64,000 nt of DNA, taken from NCBI GenBank assembly GCA_019635015.1, contig JAHCAG010000009.1:53735-117734 (forward strand). The letters run 5' to 3'. The notes under the pieces are model-generated. The model was not told the DNA's origin, did no database searches, and was given only the letters and a program-made list of their open reading frames with translations. The stretch comes from Burkholderiales bacterium. Lineage in GTDB: Bacteria; Pseudomonadota; Gammaproteobacteria; Burkholderiales; SG8-41. A program made the position numbers and the translations under genes. Below are positions 9,448-17,832 of this stretch, piece by piece (the stretch's first letter is position 1; each line of letters starts with the position of its first letter).

Positions 9448-9511
9448 GGTGGTCTCCGTGGAAGTGAGCGGGAAATTATGCCTCAATCAGACTGTATTTC
9501 CGGAAACCGGT

Positions 9512-10492
9512 TCAGTCCGGCCTCGCACCCGAGGCTTTGACCACCGGCGCCCAGCGCGCGATCTCGGCCTTGATGTGCGCGGCAAACTGTTCCGGCGTGT
9601 TGGCTACGGCTTCAGCGCCGTCGGCAGCGAGGCGTTCCCTGACGTCGGCGCGGGCCATGACCTTGACGATGTCGGCGTGCAGCTTGTTGACGATGTCGCG
9701 CGGCACCGCGGCCTGGGTCAGCACGCCGTACCACTGGTTGGCGTCGTAGCCGGGCACGCCGCTCTCGTGGATGGTCGGCACATCGGGTGCGATCGACAGG
9801 CGTTTCATCGTGGCCACACCGAGCAGCTTGAGCCGGTTCGATTTGACATGCGGGCCCAGCGCGACCATGCCGGTGATGGTCATCGTGGTTTCGCCCGAAA
9901 TCATGCTGATCATCGCCGGGGCGGTGCCTTTGTACGGCACGTGCACCATGTTGATCTTGGTCAGCAGCTTGAAATACTCGCCCGCCAGATGCGAGGCGCT
10001 GCCGCTGCCGCCTGAGGCATAGAGCAGTTCGCCAGGCCTTGCCCTGGCCAGCGCAATGAAATCGCGCGCGGTTTTCACCGGCAGCGAGGGGTGCACCGCC
10101 ATGCCGTTGGGCACGGTGGCGAGCACGGTGACCGGCGCGAAATCGCGGATCGCGTCATAGGACAGCTTCGGATACAGGGTCGGATTGACACCGAAGGTGC
10201 CGACATGACCCATGACGATGGTGTAGCCGTCGGGGGCCGCGCGCGCCGCGAGTTCGACGCCGATGGTGCCGGCGGCGCCGCCGCGGTTTTCGACAATGAC
10301 CTGCTGGCCCCAGGCTTCGGTCAGCTTCTGCGCCACCAGCCGCGCCAGCAGGTCCGTGCTGCCGCCGGGCGGAAAGGGTGCGATGAAGCGCACCGGCTTG
10401 CTCGGATAGTTGGCGGCGCTCTGGGCGTAGGTGTTACCCGTGGCGCTGCAGGCAATCAGAGAAATTGCCACCAAGTATTTGATTTTAATCAC
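9512..10492 (-). CDS. Bug-family (TctC-like) tripartite tricarboxylate transporter substrate-binding protein
   Basis: YPSKPVRFIAPFPPGGSTDLLARL..., GHVGTFGVNP and VPYKGTAPA motifs of the Bug family. GTG start preceded by GGAGGAG. The 5' end overlaps AT-rich module copy 1. Confidence 0.9.
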   Translation of the reverse strand: MIKIKYLVAISLIACSATGNTYAQSAANYPSKPVRFIAPFPPGGSTDLLARLVAQKLTEAWGQQVIVENRGGAAGTIGVELAARAAPDGYTIVMGHVGTFGVNPTLYPKLSYDAIRDFAPVTVLATVPNGMAVHPSLPVKTARDFIALARARPGELLYASGGSGSASHLAGEYFKLLTKINMVHVPYKGTAPAMISMISGETTMTITGMVALGPHVKSNRLKLLGVATMKRLSIAPDVPTIHESGVPGYDANQWYGVLTQAAVPRDIVNKLHADIVKVMARADVRERLAADGAEAVANTPEQFAAHIKAEIARWAPVVKASGARPD

Positions 10493-10500
10493 TTATTTTT
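10472..10500 (-). repeat. AT-rich IHF-consensus-like module, copy 1
   Basis: Minus strand reads AAAAATAAGTGATTAAAATCAAATACTTG. The core AATCAAATACTTG fits WATCAANNNNTTR exactly. Overlaps the GTG start and first codons of the Bug gene 9512..10492. Confidence 0.6.
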
Positions 10501-10516
10501 CTCCTCCGGAAGAACT

Positions 10517-11728
10517 TCAAGTTTTCAGGCGCCCATCGTGCGTGGCCCCGGCATCAATCAGGGCCTGGATTTCGCTGTCGGACAGGCCGGCTTCGCGCAG
10601 GATCTCCACGCTTTGCTGGCCCAGTTTCGGCGCCGGACTCCAGCCTTCGCGCAGGCCGCAGGACCACTGGTTCGGCAGCCGCATGCTGCGTGTGCGGCCT
10701 TCGGTCGGGTGGTCCTTCATTTCGAAGAAGCCGATGTCCTGCAGATGCGGGTCCTCGAGCACGCTGTCGAGCGTGTGATAGGGCATGGCCGGCACATCAG
10801 CCTGGTCGAAGATTTCCAGCCATTCAGCGGTGGTCTTGCTTTTCAGTGCGGCCATGCGCACTTCGAAGTAGGCCGCCACGTTGGCGAAGCGCGCCTGCAC
10901 GCTGCAGAAGCGCGGATCGTCTTTCAGTTCCGGCTGGCCGATGGCCTTGAAGAAGGCGAAGGCCTGGTCGTTGGTGTTGGCCGAGATGCAGATCCAGCTG
11001 TCCTTGGTCGGGATCGGCTTGCCCAGCGGGTCGAGCAGCCGCGGGTCGCCGGTTTCACCCAGCGGGGGATCGAAGGTCTTCAGGTACATGTGTTCTTCTA
11101 GCACGAACTTGACGAAGTTTTCGAACATCGGGATTTCGATCGAACAGCCTTCGCCGGTCTTCGCCTTGCGGTAGAGCGCCATGGTGATCATCTGCACCGC
11201 GATCAGGCCCACGGTCTTGTCGGCGACCACCATCGGCACGAAACGCGGCTCGCCGGTGGCGCGGTGGTGCAGGGCAGCCATGCCGGAGGATCCCTGGATG
11301 ATGGTGTCATAGGCCGGTTTGTCGCGGTAACGGCCGTCCTGGCCGAAACCGAACATGCCGCAGTAGATCAGGCCGGGATTGATCTTGCGCACATCCTCGT
11401 AAGAAAGTTTCAGCCGCGCCATCGCCGGCGGGCGCACGTTCCACACCAGAACATCAGCTTTCTCGATCAGCTTCAGCAGCGCGGCATGGCCGCCGGGATG
11501 CTTCAAGTCGAGCACCAGCGAGCGCTTGTTGCGGTTCAGGTGCAGGAATTTCGCGCCCATGCCCGGCGTCACCGACTTGCCGTTCATGTTGCGGATCAGG
11601 TCGCCGGATTTGGTTTCGACCTTGATCACTTCCGCGCCATGGTCGGCGAGGATCTGTGTCGCCAGCGGACCGACCACGACCGAGGTCAGGTCAATGATGC
11701 GCACGCCTTCCAGCGGTCCGCCGGCCAT
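10517..11728 (-). CDS. family III (CaiB/BaiF) CoA-transferase, candidate dicarboxylate (itaconate-type) CoA-transferase
   Basis: GPLEGVRIIDLTSVVVGPLATQILADHGAEVIKVE N-terminal signature. Internal ATG at 11728 chosen; it overlaps the stop of the upstream gene (TAATG). Confidence 0.85.
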   Translation of the reverse strand: MAGGPLEGVRIIDLTSVVVGPLATQILADHGAEVIKVETKSGDLIRNMNGKSVTPGMGAKFLHLNRNKRSLVLDLKHPGGHAALLKLIEKADVLVWNVRPPAMARLKLSYEDVRKINPGLIYCGMFGFGQDGRYRDKPAYDTIIQGSSGMAALHHRATGEPRFVPMVVADKTVGLIAVQMITMALYRKAKTGEGCSIEIPMFENFVKFVLEEHMYLKTFDPPLGETGDPRLLDPLGKPIPTKDSWICISANTNDQAFAFFKAIGQPELKDDPRFCSVQARFANVAAYFEVRMAALKSKTTAEWLEIFDQADVPAMPYHTLDSVLEDPHLQDIGFFEMKDHPTEGRTRSMRLPNQWSCGLREGWSPAPKLGQQSVEILREAGLSDSEIQALIDAGATHDGRLKT

Positions 11729-12579
11729 TACGCGAACTCCGCTTCGGCGGTCAGCGCCAGCGCGCCGGTATCGTCCTGGGCCCACAGTTTTGCGGTCCTG
11801 TTGTCGGCCGAGGGTTCGCCGCAGAGCGTGATGCTGCGGTTCACGAACAGCGCGCGCACGTTGCGCGAGGACATGAATTTCACCGGTGTCGAGCCGTGGC
11901 TGCGCGCCAGTTCGTAGACCAGCAGCGTCGTCAGGCCGCCGTTCATCACCAGGTTGGGATAACCCTCGACGCCCGTGACATAGGGATGGTCGTAGTGGAT
12001 GCGGTGGCCGTTGAAGGTCAGCGCTGAATAGCGGAACAGCATCACCGGGTCCGGCGTGACTTCATGCTGCCACACCGCCTTGCCCGGTGCCGGCTGGGCC
12101 GGGGGTGGCGGCGCGTTCTTGTCGGGTTCGCCGCGGTAGACGATGTCCTGCTCTTCGCTGATCGCCAGTCCGCGCGGGCTCGAGATGTCGGTCTTCACGG
12201 TGACGAACACCATGCGGCCGCTGCGGCCGTCCTTGACCGTCACGTTCTGGATCGTCGACAGGCGCTTGACTTCGTCACCGACCCGCAGCGGCGCGATGAA
12301 AGTCGTGCGTTTGCCGGCGAACATGCGCCGCGGCAGCGGCACCGGCGGCAGGAAGTCGCCGCGCTGCGGATGGCCGTCGGGGCCGATCTGCGAGTGGCGC
12401 ACGATGCGCGGGAACAGCGTGGAGTGCCAGCCGACGGGCAGCGGATCGCCGATCTTCGGGAAGGCATCGTCGCGGTCGAGTGTCGCCGACAGCCGGTCGA
12501 CCATCGGCACGGTGACGTAATCAACAGCGGTTTCGGTGCGGCCGATCCACTGCTTCAGGGATTCGATATCTGCGGTCAT
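11728..12579 (-). CDS. double hot-dog MaoC/FAS1-like acyl-CoA hydratase (itaconyl-/mesaconyl-CoA hydratase-like)
   Basis: About 284 aa. N-terminal FAS1-like dehydratase region plus a C-terminal MaoC-like region (LFRYSALTFNGHRIHYD). Sits between a dioxygenase and a CoA-transferase. Specific substrate is inferred only from context. Confidence 0.6.
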   Translation of the reverse strand: MTADIESLKQWIGRTETAVDYVTVPMVDRLSATLDRDDAFPKIGDPLPVGWHSTLFPRIVRHSQIGPDGHPQRGDFLPPVPLPRRMFAGKRTTFIAPLRVGDEVKRLSTIQNVTVKDGRSGRMVFVTVKTDISSPRGLAISEEQDIVYRGEPDKNAPPPPAQPAPGKAVWQHEVTPDPVMLFRYSALTFNGHRIHYDHPYVTGVEGYPNLVMNGGLTTLLVYELARSHGSTPVKFMSSRNVRALFVNRSITLCGEPSADNRTAKLWAQDDTGALALTAEAEFA

Positions 12580-12646
12580 GCGGTTGCCTTGATTGTTGCG
12601 GATGAAGAACCGCAATTTTAAGTCAGGGATTGTGCCTGGCGGGAAT

Positions 12647-13498
12647 TCAGCGGCCGAGGCGGAAGTCGAACTCCACACTGTGATAGGGCAGCGGCAGCCG
12701 GTAACGCTGCGCCAGCGCGGGATCGCTGCCCGTTTGCGGATTGACCAGCAGCGATTCGCGCACGCCGAACACCGCGTCCTCGTCGATATAGCGGTCGTCG
12801 GCGAAAAACACCTCGGTGGTCAGCGCGCGGAATCCTTCGGCACTGACGATGAAATGGAAATGCGCGGGCCGCCAGGCATGGCGGCCGCCGGCACGCAGCA
12901 GATCACCGACCGGACCGTCGTAGGGCACGGTGTACGGCGCGGGGCGCACGGTGGTGAAGGAGTAGGTGCCGTCATCACCGGTGACCATGCGGAAGCGCAG
13001 GTTGTCGGGACTCTGTTCCGGGTCCTGCTGCCAGTACTTGCCGTTGACCGCGGCCTGCCAGAAATCGAGCTGTGCCCGGGGAACCGGCCTGCCTGCGGAG
13101 TCGACGACGCGTCCCCGCACCAGCATCGGCTCGCCGGCGTTGTCGCGCTTCAGGTCGCCGCCGACCTCCAGCATCGGCGACCCTTCGGCGTGGAAGGGGC
13201 CCAGCGCGCTGCGTTCGGTGGCGCCGGCACCGCTGGCGAGCAGATCGACCAGCGACGACAGGCCCATGACGTCCGACAACAGCACGAATTCGTTGCGCGC
13301 GTCGGTGGAAATTTTGCCGGCGGCGTGGAGGAAGGCGATGCCGCGCTGCCACTCCTCGGGCGTGAGCCGGGTCTCGCGCGCGAAGGCATGCAAGTGCTGG
13401 ACCAGTTTTGCGATGATTTCGCGCAGCCGCGGGTCGGCGGCGCCGTCGAAGGAGCGGACGACGGCCTGCGTGATGCTGTCGGCGTTGACGGATCTCAT
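12647..13498 (-). CDS. intradiol ring-cleavage dioxygenase (catechol/hydroxyquinol 1,2-dioxygenase family)
   Basis: N-terminal dioxygenase helical domain (ADPRLREIIAKLVQHLHAFARETRLTPEEWQRGIAFL). Core motifs GRVVDSAGRPVPRAQLDFWQAAVNGKYW and RPAHFHFIVSAEGF. Internal ATG at 13498 chosen. Confidence 0.85.
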   Translation of the reverse strand: MRSVNADSITQAVVRSFDGAADPRLREIIAKLVQHLHAFARETRLTPEEWQRGIAFLHAAGKISTDARNEFVLLSDVMGLSSLVDLLASGAGATERSALGPFHAEGSPMLEVGGDLKRDNAGEPMLVRGRVVDSAGRPVPRAQLDFWQAAVNGKYWQQDPEQSPDNLRFRMVTGDDGTYSFTTVRPAPYTVPYDGPVGDLLRAGGRHAWRPAHFHFIVSAEGFRALTTEVFFADDRYIDEDAVFGVRESLLVNPQTGSDPALAQRYRLPLPYHSVEFDFRLGR

Positions 13499-13505
13499 CG
13501 CCTGC

Positions 13506-14477
13506 TCAGTCGACGCGGGCGCCGGACTGTTTGACGATCTGGGCGTATTTCTCGACCTCGCTGCGCAGCCGCTTGGCGAACTCGGCCGGCGTATTGGGCT
13601 CGAATTCCAGCGACAGCGCGGCAAGGCGCTCCTTCGCCGCCGGCGATTGCAGCGCTGCGGTGAAGTCGCGGTTGACCTGGCTGACCACCGCGGCAGGAAT
13701 GCCCGCCGGCGCAAACACTGAGAACCAGGTGTAGTCGTCAAAGCCCGGGAATCCGGATTCGGCGACTGTGGGCACCTCGGGCAGCACTGCGGAGCGTTTT
13801 GCGGTGGTCACCGCGATCGCGCGCAGGCGTCCACTCTTGACGTGAGGCACCGCCGGCGGCATCGAGGTCGAGCCCACCGGCACCTGGTTGGCGACCACCG
13901 CGGTGGCTGCCGCTGCCGGGCTGTACGGCACATGCGTGATGTCCACCTTGGCCAGGGTCTTGAACAGCAGTTCCATGTCGAGGTGCGGTGTGGTGCCGAT
14001 GCCCGAGGAACCGTAGGACAGCGGTTTTGATCTGGCCAGCGCGAGCAGTTCCTGCAGCGTCTTGACCGGCAGTGAGGGATGCACGGTGATCATGTTCGGC
14101 GTGGTCGGCCCCTGCAGGATCGGCGTGATTTCCTTCATTGAATAGCCGGGTTTGGAATACAGCGTGACGTTCACCGCGATCGCCGAGCTGTTCATGAACA
14201 GCGTGTGTCCGTCGGGATTGGCACGCAGCGCAATCTGGGTGCCGATGTTGCCGGAGGCGCCGGGGCGGTTTTCGATCACCACGTTCTGTCCCCAGATCTC
14301 GGTCAGGCGTTCGCCGACGACCCGCGCGACGATGTCGGTCGAACTGCCGGGCGGGAAGGCAACGATCACGCGCACCGGCTTGGTCGGAAATTTTGCAGTG
14401 CCCTGCGCGGCGGCAGGCATTGCTGCAGCAAACAGTACGGATGCTATTAAGTATTTGATTTTATTGATATTTTTCAT
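13506..14477 (-). CDS. Bug-family (TctC-like) substrate-binding protein
   Basis: FPTKPVRVIVAFPPGSSTDIVARV... and VPYSPAAAA motifs. GGGAGGAG RBS upstream of the ATG at 14477. N-terminus MKNINKIKYLIA is encoded by AT-rich module copy 2. Confidence 0.9.
   Translation of the reverse strand: MKNINKIKYLIASVLFAAAMPAAAQGTAKFPTKPVRVIVAFPPGSSTDIVARVVGERLTEIWGQNVVIENRPGASGNIGTQIALRANPDGHTLFMNSSAIAVNVTLYSKPGYSMKEITPILQGPTTPNMITVHPSLPVKTLQELLALARSKPLSYGSSGIGTTPHLDMELLFKTLAKVDITHVPYSPAAAATAVVANQVPVGSTSMPPAVPHVKSGRLRAIAVTTAKRSAVLPEVPTVAESGFPGFDDYTWFSVFAPAGIPAAVVSQVNRDFTAALQSPAAKERLAALSLEFEPNTPAEFAKRLRSEVEKYAQIVKQSGARVD
14448..14474 (-). repeat. AT-rich IHF-consensus-like module, copy 2 (closest to the family consensus)
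   Basis: Minus strand reads AAAAATATCAATAAAATCAAATACTTA. The core AATCAAATACTTA is a perfect consensus match. Encodes residues KNINKIKYL of the Bug gene 13506..14477. Confidence 0.6.
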
Positions 14478-14561
14478 GACTCCTCCCAATGCGCGACAAC
14501 GGGCCGCCGCCGCGTCGCGCCATCCTAGCTGACCGCGGCCGGAAAGAGAATCGTCATGAAG

Positions 14562-14583
14562 GGCGCCGGCATGAGCCGGCGCC
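14562..14583 (-). terminator. 9-bp perfect GC hairpin downstream of the lyase gene (possible intrinsic terminator or attenuator)
   Basis: GGCGCCGGC-ATGA-GCCGGCGCC lies 8 nt after the stop of 14591..15502. The downstream tract on the minus strand is only moderately T-rich. Confidence 0.35.
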
Positions 14584-14590
14584 TGCGGTC

Positions 14591-15502
14591 TCAGCCCTTC
14601 ATTGCGGCGAGTGTCCGGGACTCGCGGGCGGTGATGGCGTCGTAGCGTTTGAGCAGGCGCTGCGCGCGCACGATGATCGGGATGTCGATCATCTTGCCGT
14701 CGAGCGCGAAGGACGCGCGGCCTGCCGCAGCGGCTTCCTTGTCCAGCGCGATGACCTTGCGCGCGTATTCGACCTCGGCGGCACTCGGCTTGTATTCCTC
14801 GTTGACGATGGTGACCTGGCCGGGATGGATGCAGCCGGCGCCCATGAAACCGAAGTCGCGCGAGCGGCGCACCATCTTGCGGAAGTTGTCCCAGTCGCCG
14901 AAGGTGGCGACGCTGTCGACGAAGCCCAGCGGCATGATGCCGGCGGCGCTGGCGGCGAAAATCATGTGCTGTTTCGGATAAAACAGCGCCTCTCCCGTCG
15001 GCTGCATGCCGCAGTTCAGTGCGTAGTCTTCACCGCCGATGTTGCAGGCGATGATGCGGCTGGTCGCGGTGGTGATTTCACGGATTTTGAAAAACGCCTC
15101 CGGCGTTTCGATCATCGTGATGAACTTGGTGTGGCCGACCGTCATGCCGCGTTTCTGTTCCAGCTCGCTGACCAGTTCGTCGAGCAGCTGCAGGTGCGAC
15201 ACGCCGGTGGCCTTGGTCACTGCAATGCCGTCGACGTCGGGGCACACCGAATGCTCGATGTCACGCACCGCCAGCGACAGCGGCTGGTTGATGCGCACCA
15301 CCACATCGGCGCCGCCGCGGCGTACTCGCGCGGCGTTTTTCTCGACCAGCTTGCGCGCATTGGCCTTCTCGGCGGGCGGCACGCTGTCCTCGAGGTCGAG
15401 CTGGATCACGTCGGCGCCGCGGGTGTGGGCCTTGTCGACGTATTTCTCGACGTTGACCGGGACGTACATCAGCGAGCGCCAGACGGGAAGTTCACGATAC
15501 AT
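14591..15502 (-). CDS. HpcH/HpaI aldolase / CitE-like acyl-CoA lyase (citramalyl-/malyl-CoA lyase-like)
   Basis: RSLMYVPVNVEKYVDKAHTRGADVIQLDLEDSV and later GFMGAGCIHPGQV motifs typical of the citrate lyase beta / CitE family. Confidence 0.8.
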   Translation of the reverse strand: MYRELPVWRSLMYVPVNVEKYVDKAHTRGADVIQLDLEDSVPPAEKANARKLVEKNAARVRRGGADVVVRINQPLSLAVRDIEHSVCPDVDGIAVTKATGVSHLQLLDELVSELEQKRGMTVGHTKFITMIETPEAFFKIREITTATSRIIACNIGGEDYALNCGMQPTGEALFYPKQHMIFAASAAGIMPLGFVDSVATFGDWDNFRKMVRRSRDFGFMGAGCIHPGQVTIVNEEYKPSAAEVEYARKVIALDKEAAAAGRASFALDGKMIDIPIIVRAQRLLKRYDAITARESRTLAAMKG

Positions 15503-15547
15503 GGCTGGATCCTTTGCGGTGGTTGCGGATGCGGCGGCGCCGCGGGT

Positions 15548-16798
15548 TCATTCTTCGCCGGCGGGCGCGGCATCACCCGCGCAGGCAATGCCGGCTTCGA
15601 GGAGCCTGCGGTAGGCCGCGGCGTCGATGCCGGCTTCAGCCAGCAGGGACTCGTTGTGTTCGCCGAGTTTCGGCGCCGGGCTGCGGATTGCCGCCGGCGT
15701 GCCCGACAGCCGCGGCACCACATGGTGCATCGGAAAGTCGCCCATGTCCTCGTCCGGATAGTCGGCGAGGATTTCTCGGGCTGCGAAATGCGGATCCTCG
15801 AAAATCTGCCGGATGTCGTAGATCGGGCCGATGGTGACCTCGGCTTCTTCGAAAAAGGCGACATTTTCGGCCTGGGTGCGCTGCGCGACGAAGTCGCCGA
15901 TCACCGTATCGAGTTCCTCGGCATGTTTCACCCGTTCCTCGTTGGTGGCGTAACGCGGATCAGTGATGAACTCGGGGTGGCCGATCGAGCGGAACAGGCG
16001 CTCGGCCATTTTCTGGGTCGACGAAGACAGGCAGACATAGAGTCCGTCCTTGCACCGGTAGGCGTTGCGCGGCCCGGCATTGGTCGAGCGGCTGCCGGTG
16101 CGCGGCTTGACCTTGCCGGTCAGGCGGTAATTTGCGGCCTGGGGCCCCAGCACCGCGAACAGCGGATCGAGCAGCGGCAGGTCGATGACCTGGCCTTTGC
16201 CGCCGTTGGTTTCGACTTCACGCAGCGCGGCCATTGCGGCCGCCGCGCCATAGAGTCCGGCAACGGTGTCGGCGAGGTACATCGGCGGCAGCACCGGTTC
16301 GCGGTCGGCGAAACCGTTGAAGGAAGCGAAACCCGACATGCCCTCGACCAGCGTGCCGAAGCCGGGACGCCGGCTGTAGGGGCCGTCTTGGCCCCAGCCA
16401 GAAATGCGCACGATCACCAGCTTCGGATTGAGCTTCAGCAGTTCGTCGGGCCCGAGGCCCATCTTCTCCAGCGTGCCGGGGCGGAAGCTTTCGATGAACA
16501 TCTGTGCCGAAGGGACGAGTTTTTTCAGCAGCTCGCGCGCTTCCGGTTTGCGCAGCTCGAGTCCCAGGCTTTTCTTGCTGCGCGCGTAGAGTTTCCAGTT
16601 GGTCTGGACGTCTTTGGTTTTCCAGGCACGCAGCGTGTCGCCGGCTGGCGGCTCAACCTTGATCACCTCGGCGCCGAAGTCGGCGAGAAACTGGGTCAGG
16701 GTGTTGCCGGCGACCAGCCGCGACAGGTCGAGCACACGCAGGCGGTCAAGTGTGCCGCGTGCGTCCGGTTCGTAACTTCTCCGGGGCAGTTCAGCCAT
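15548..16798 (-). CDS. family III (CaiB/BaiF) CoA-transferase, second paralog
   Basis: LDRLRVLDLSRLVAGNTLTQFLADFGAEVIKVEPP signature. Internal ATG at 16798 overlaps the stop of the upstream Bug gene (TAATG), the same junction architecture as at 11728. Confidence 0.85.
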   Translation of the reverse strand: MAELPRRSYEPDARGTLDRLRVLDLSRLVAGNTLTQFLADFGAEVIKVEPPAGDTLRAWKTKDVQTNWKLYARSKKSLGLELRKPEARELLKKLVPSAQMFIESFRPGTLEKMGLGPDELLKLNPKLVIVRISGWGQDGPYSRRPGFGTLVEGMSGFASFNGFADREPVLPPMYLADTVAGLYGAAAAMAALREVETNGGKGQVIDLPLLDPLFAVLGPQAANYRLTGKVKPRTGSRSTNAGPRNAYRCKDGLYVCLSSSTQKMAERLFRSIGHPEFITDPRYATNEERVKHAEELDTVIGDFVAQRTQAENVAFFEEAEVTIGPIYDIRQIFEDPHFAAREILADYPDEDMGDFPMHHVVPRLSGTPAAIRSPAPKLGEHNESLLAEAGIDAAAYRRLLEAGIACAGDAAPAGEE

Positions 16799-17763
16799 TA
16801 CTCGGGCTTGATGCCGGTCTCCTGCGCGACCTTGCGCCAGCGCGAGATTTCGTTGGAGACAAATCGCAGGAAAGCCTCGCCGCTCATCGTCGCCGGCTCC
16901 GCACCCTCGCCGGCGAAGCGCTGCCGGAGATCGGCGGATTGCAAGGCTTTCGCCAGTTCGCTGCCCAGCCGCGCAGTGATCTCCGGCGGTGTTTTCGCCG
17001 GAACCACCAGGCCCCACCAGAACTCGGCCATGTAGCCCGGCACGCCGGCTTCGGCGATGGTCGGCACCTGCGGCATGAAGCTGGTGCGTTTTTCGCTGGC
17101 CACGCCCAGCGCTTTCATGCGGCCGGCCTGCACCTGGGTCATCGCCGAAGGCAGGCTGGTCATCACCAGCTGGATGTGGCCACCCATCAGGTCGGTCAGC
17201 GCCGGCGCTGCGCCCTTGTACGGCACGTGCACGATGTTGATGCCGGCCATGCGCTTGAACAGTTCGGTGGCCATGTGGTTGTGGCTGCCGGTGCCGGTGG
17301 AGCCGTAGTTGACCTGGCCCGGCCTTGATTTGGCCAGCGCGATGAACTCGCCCACGGTTTTCACCGGCAGCGACGGATGCACCACCATCAGCAGCGGGCC
17401 ACGCGCCATCATCCCGACATAGGCGAAGTCGGCGACCGGTTCGTAGGGCAGCTTGGCCCGCAGCGCGGCATTGGCGACAAAGGATGCCTGGATGTTGAGC
17501 ATGCTGTAACCGTCGCCCGGCGACTTGGCGACGTTCTCGGCGCCGACGATGCCGCCGCCGCCGGCACGGTTTTCGACAACGATCTGCTGACCGAGCCCGG
17601 GGCTCATGGTCTGCGCGGTGATGCGCGACAGCACGTCGTTGCTGGCGCCGGGGGGGAAAGGCACCACCAGGCGGATCGGTTTGGCCGGCCAGGCCTGGGC
17701 AAGGGCGGTGCCGGCTGTGGCGGCAAGCAGCAGTGCGGCGATCAGGCGGAATGCGTGGTTCAC
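16798..17763 (-). CDS. Bug-family (TctC-like) substrate-binding protein
   Basis: Signal peptide MNHAFRLIAALLLAATAGTALAQA, then WPAKPIRLVVPFPPGASNDVLSRI and VPYKGAAPA. Confidence 0.9.
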   Translation of the reverse strand: MNHAFRLIAALLLAATAGTALAQAWPAKPIRLVVPFPPGASNDVLSRITAQTMSPGLGQQIVVENRAGGGGIVGAENVAKSPGDGYSMLNIQASFVANAALRAKLPYEPVADFAYVGMMARGPLLMVVHPSLPVKTVGEFIALAKSRPGQVNYGSTGTGSHNHMATELFKRMAGINIVHVPYKGAAPALTDLMGGHIQLVMTSLPSAMTQVQAGRMKALGVASEKRTSFMPQVPTIAEAGVPGYMAEFWWGLVVPAKTPPEITARLGSELAKALQSADLRQRFAGEGAEPATMSGEAFLRFVSNEISRWRKVAQETGIKPE

Positions 17764-17832
17764 GGTGTTCTCCTCGTTGTTGCCGCTTTTATCCCGGCAT
17801 TACCGCGATTGTGCCGCAGGACAGTGTCTGCG

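Noticed and set aside
14489-17035. 848-aa plus-strand ORF spanning the antisense of the lyase and CoA-transferase genes. Similar long antisense ORFs occur at 45878..48772 (-), 48183..50066 (-), 6894..8627 (+), 19975..21615 (-), 21721..23208 (-), 23145..24407 (-), 53143..54582 (-), 58334..59905 (-) and 50751..52160 (-).
   Set aside because: Each one runs across several well-supported genes and intergenic spacers on the opposite strand, lacks motifs, and has shadow-ORF amino-acid composition. They are composition artefacts, not coding.
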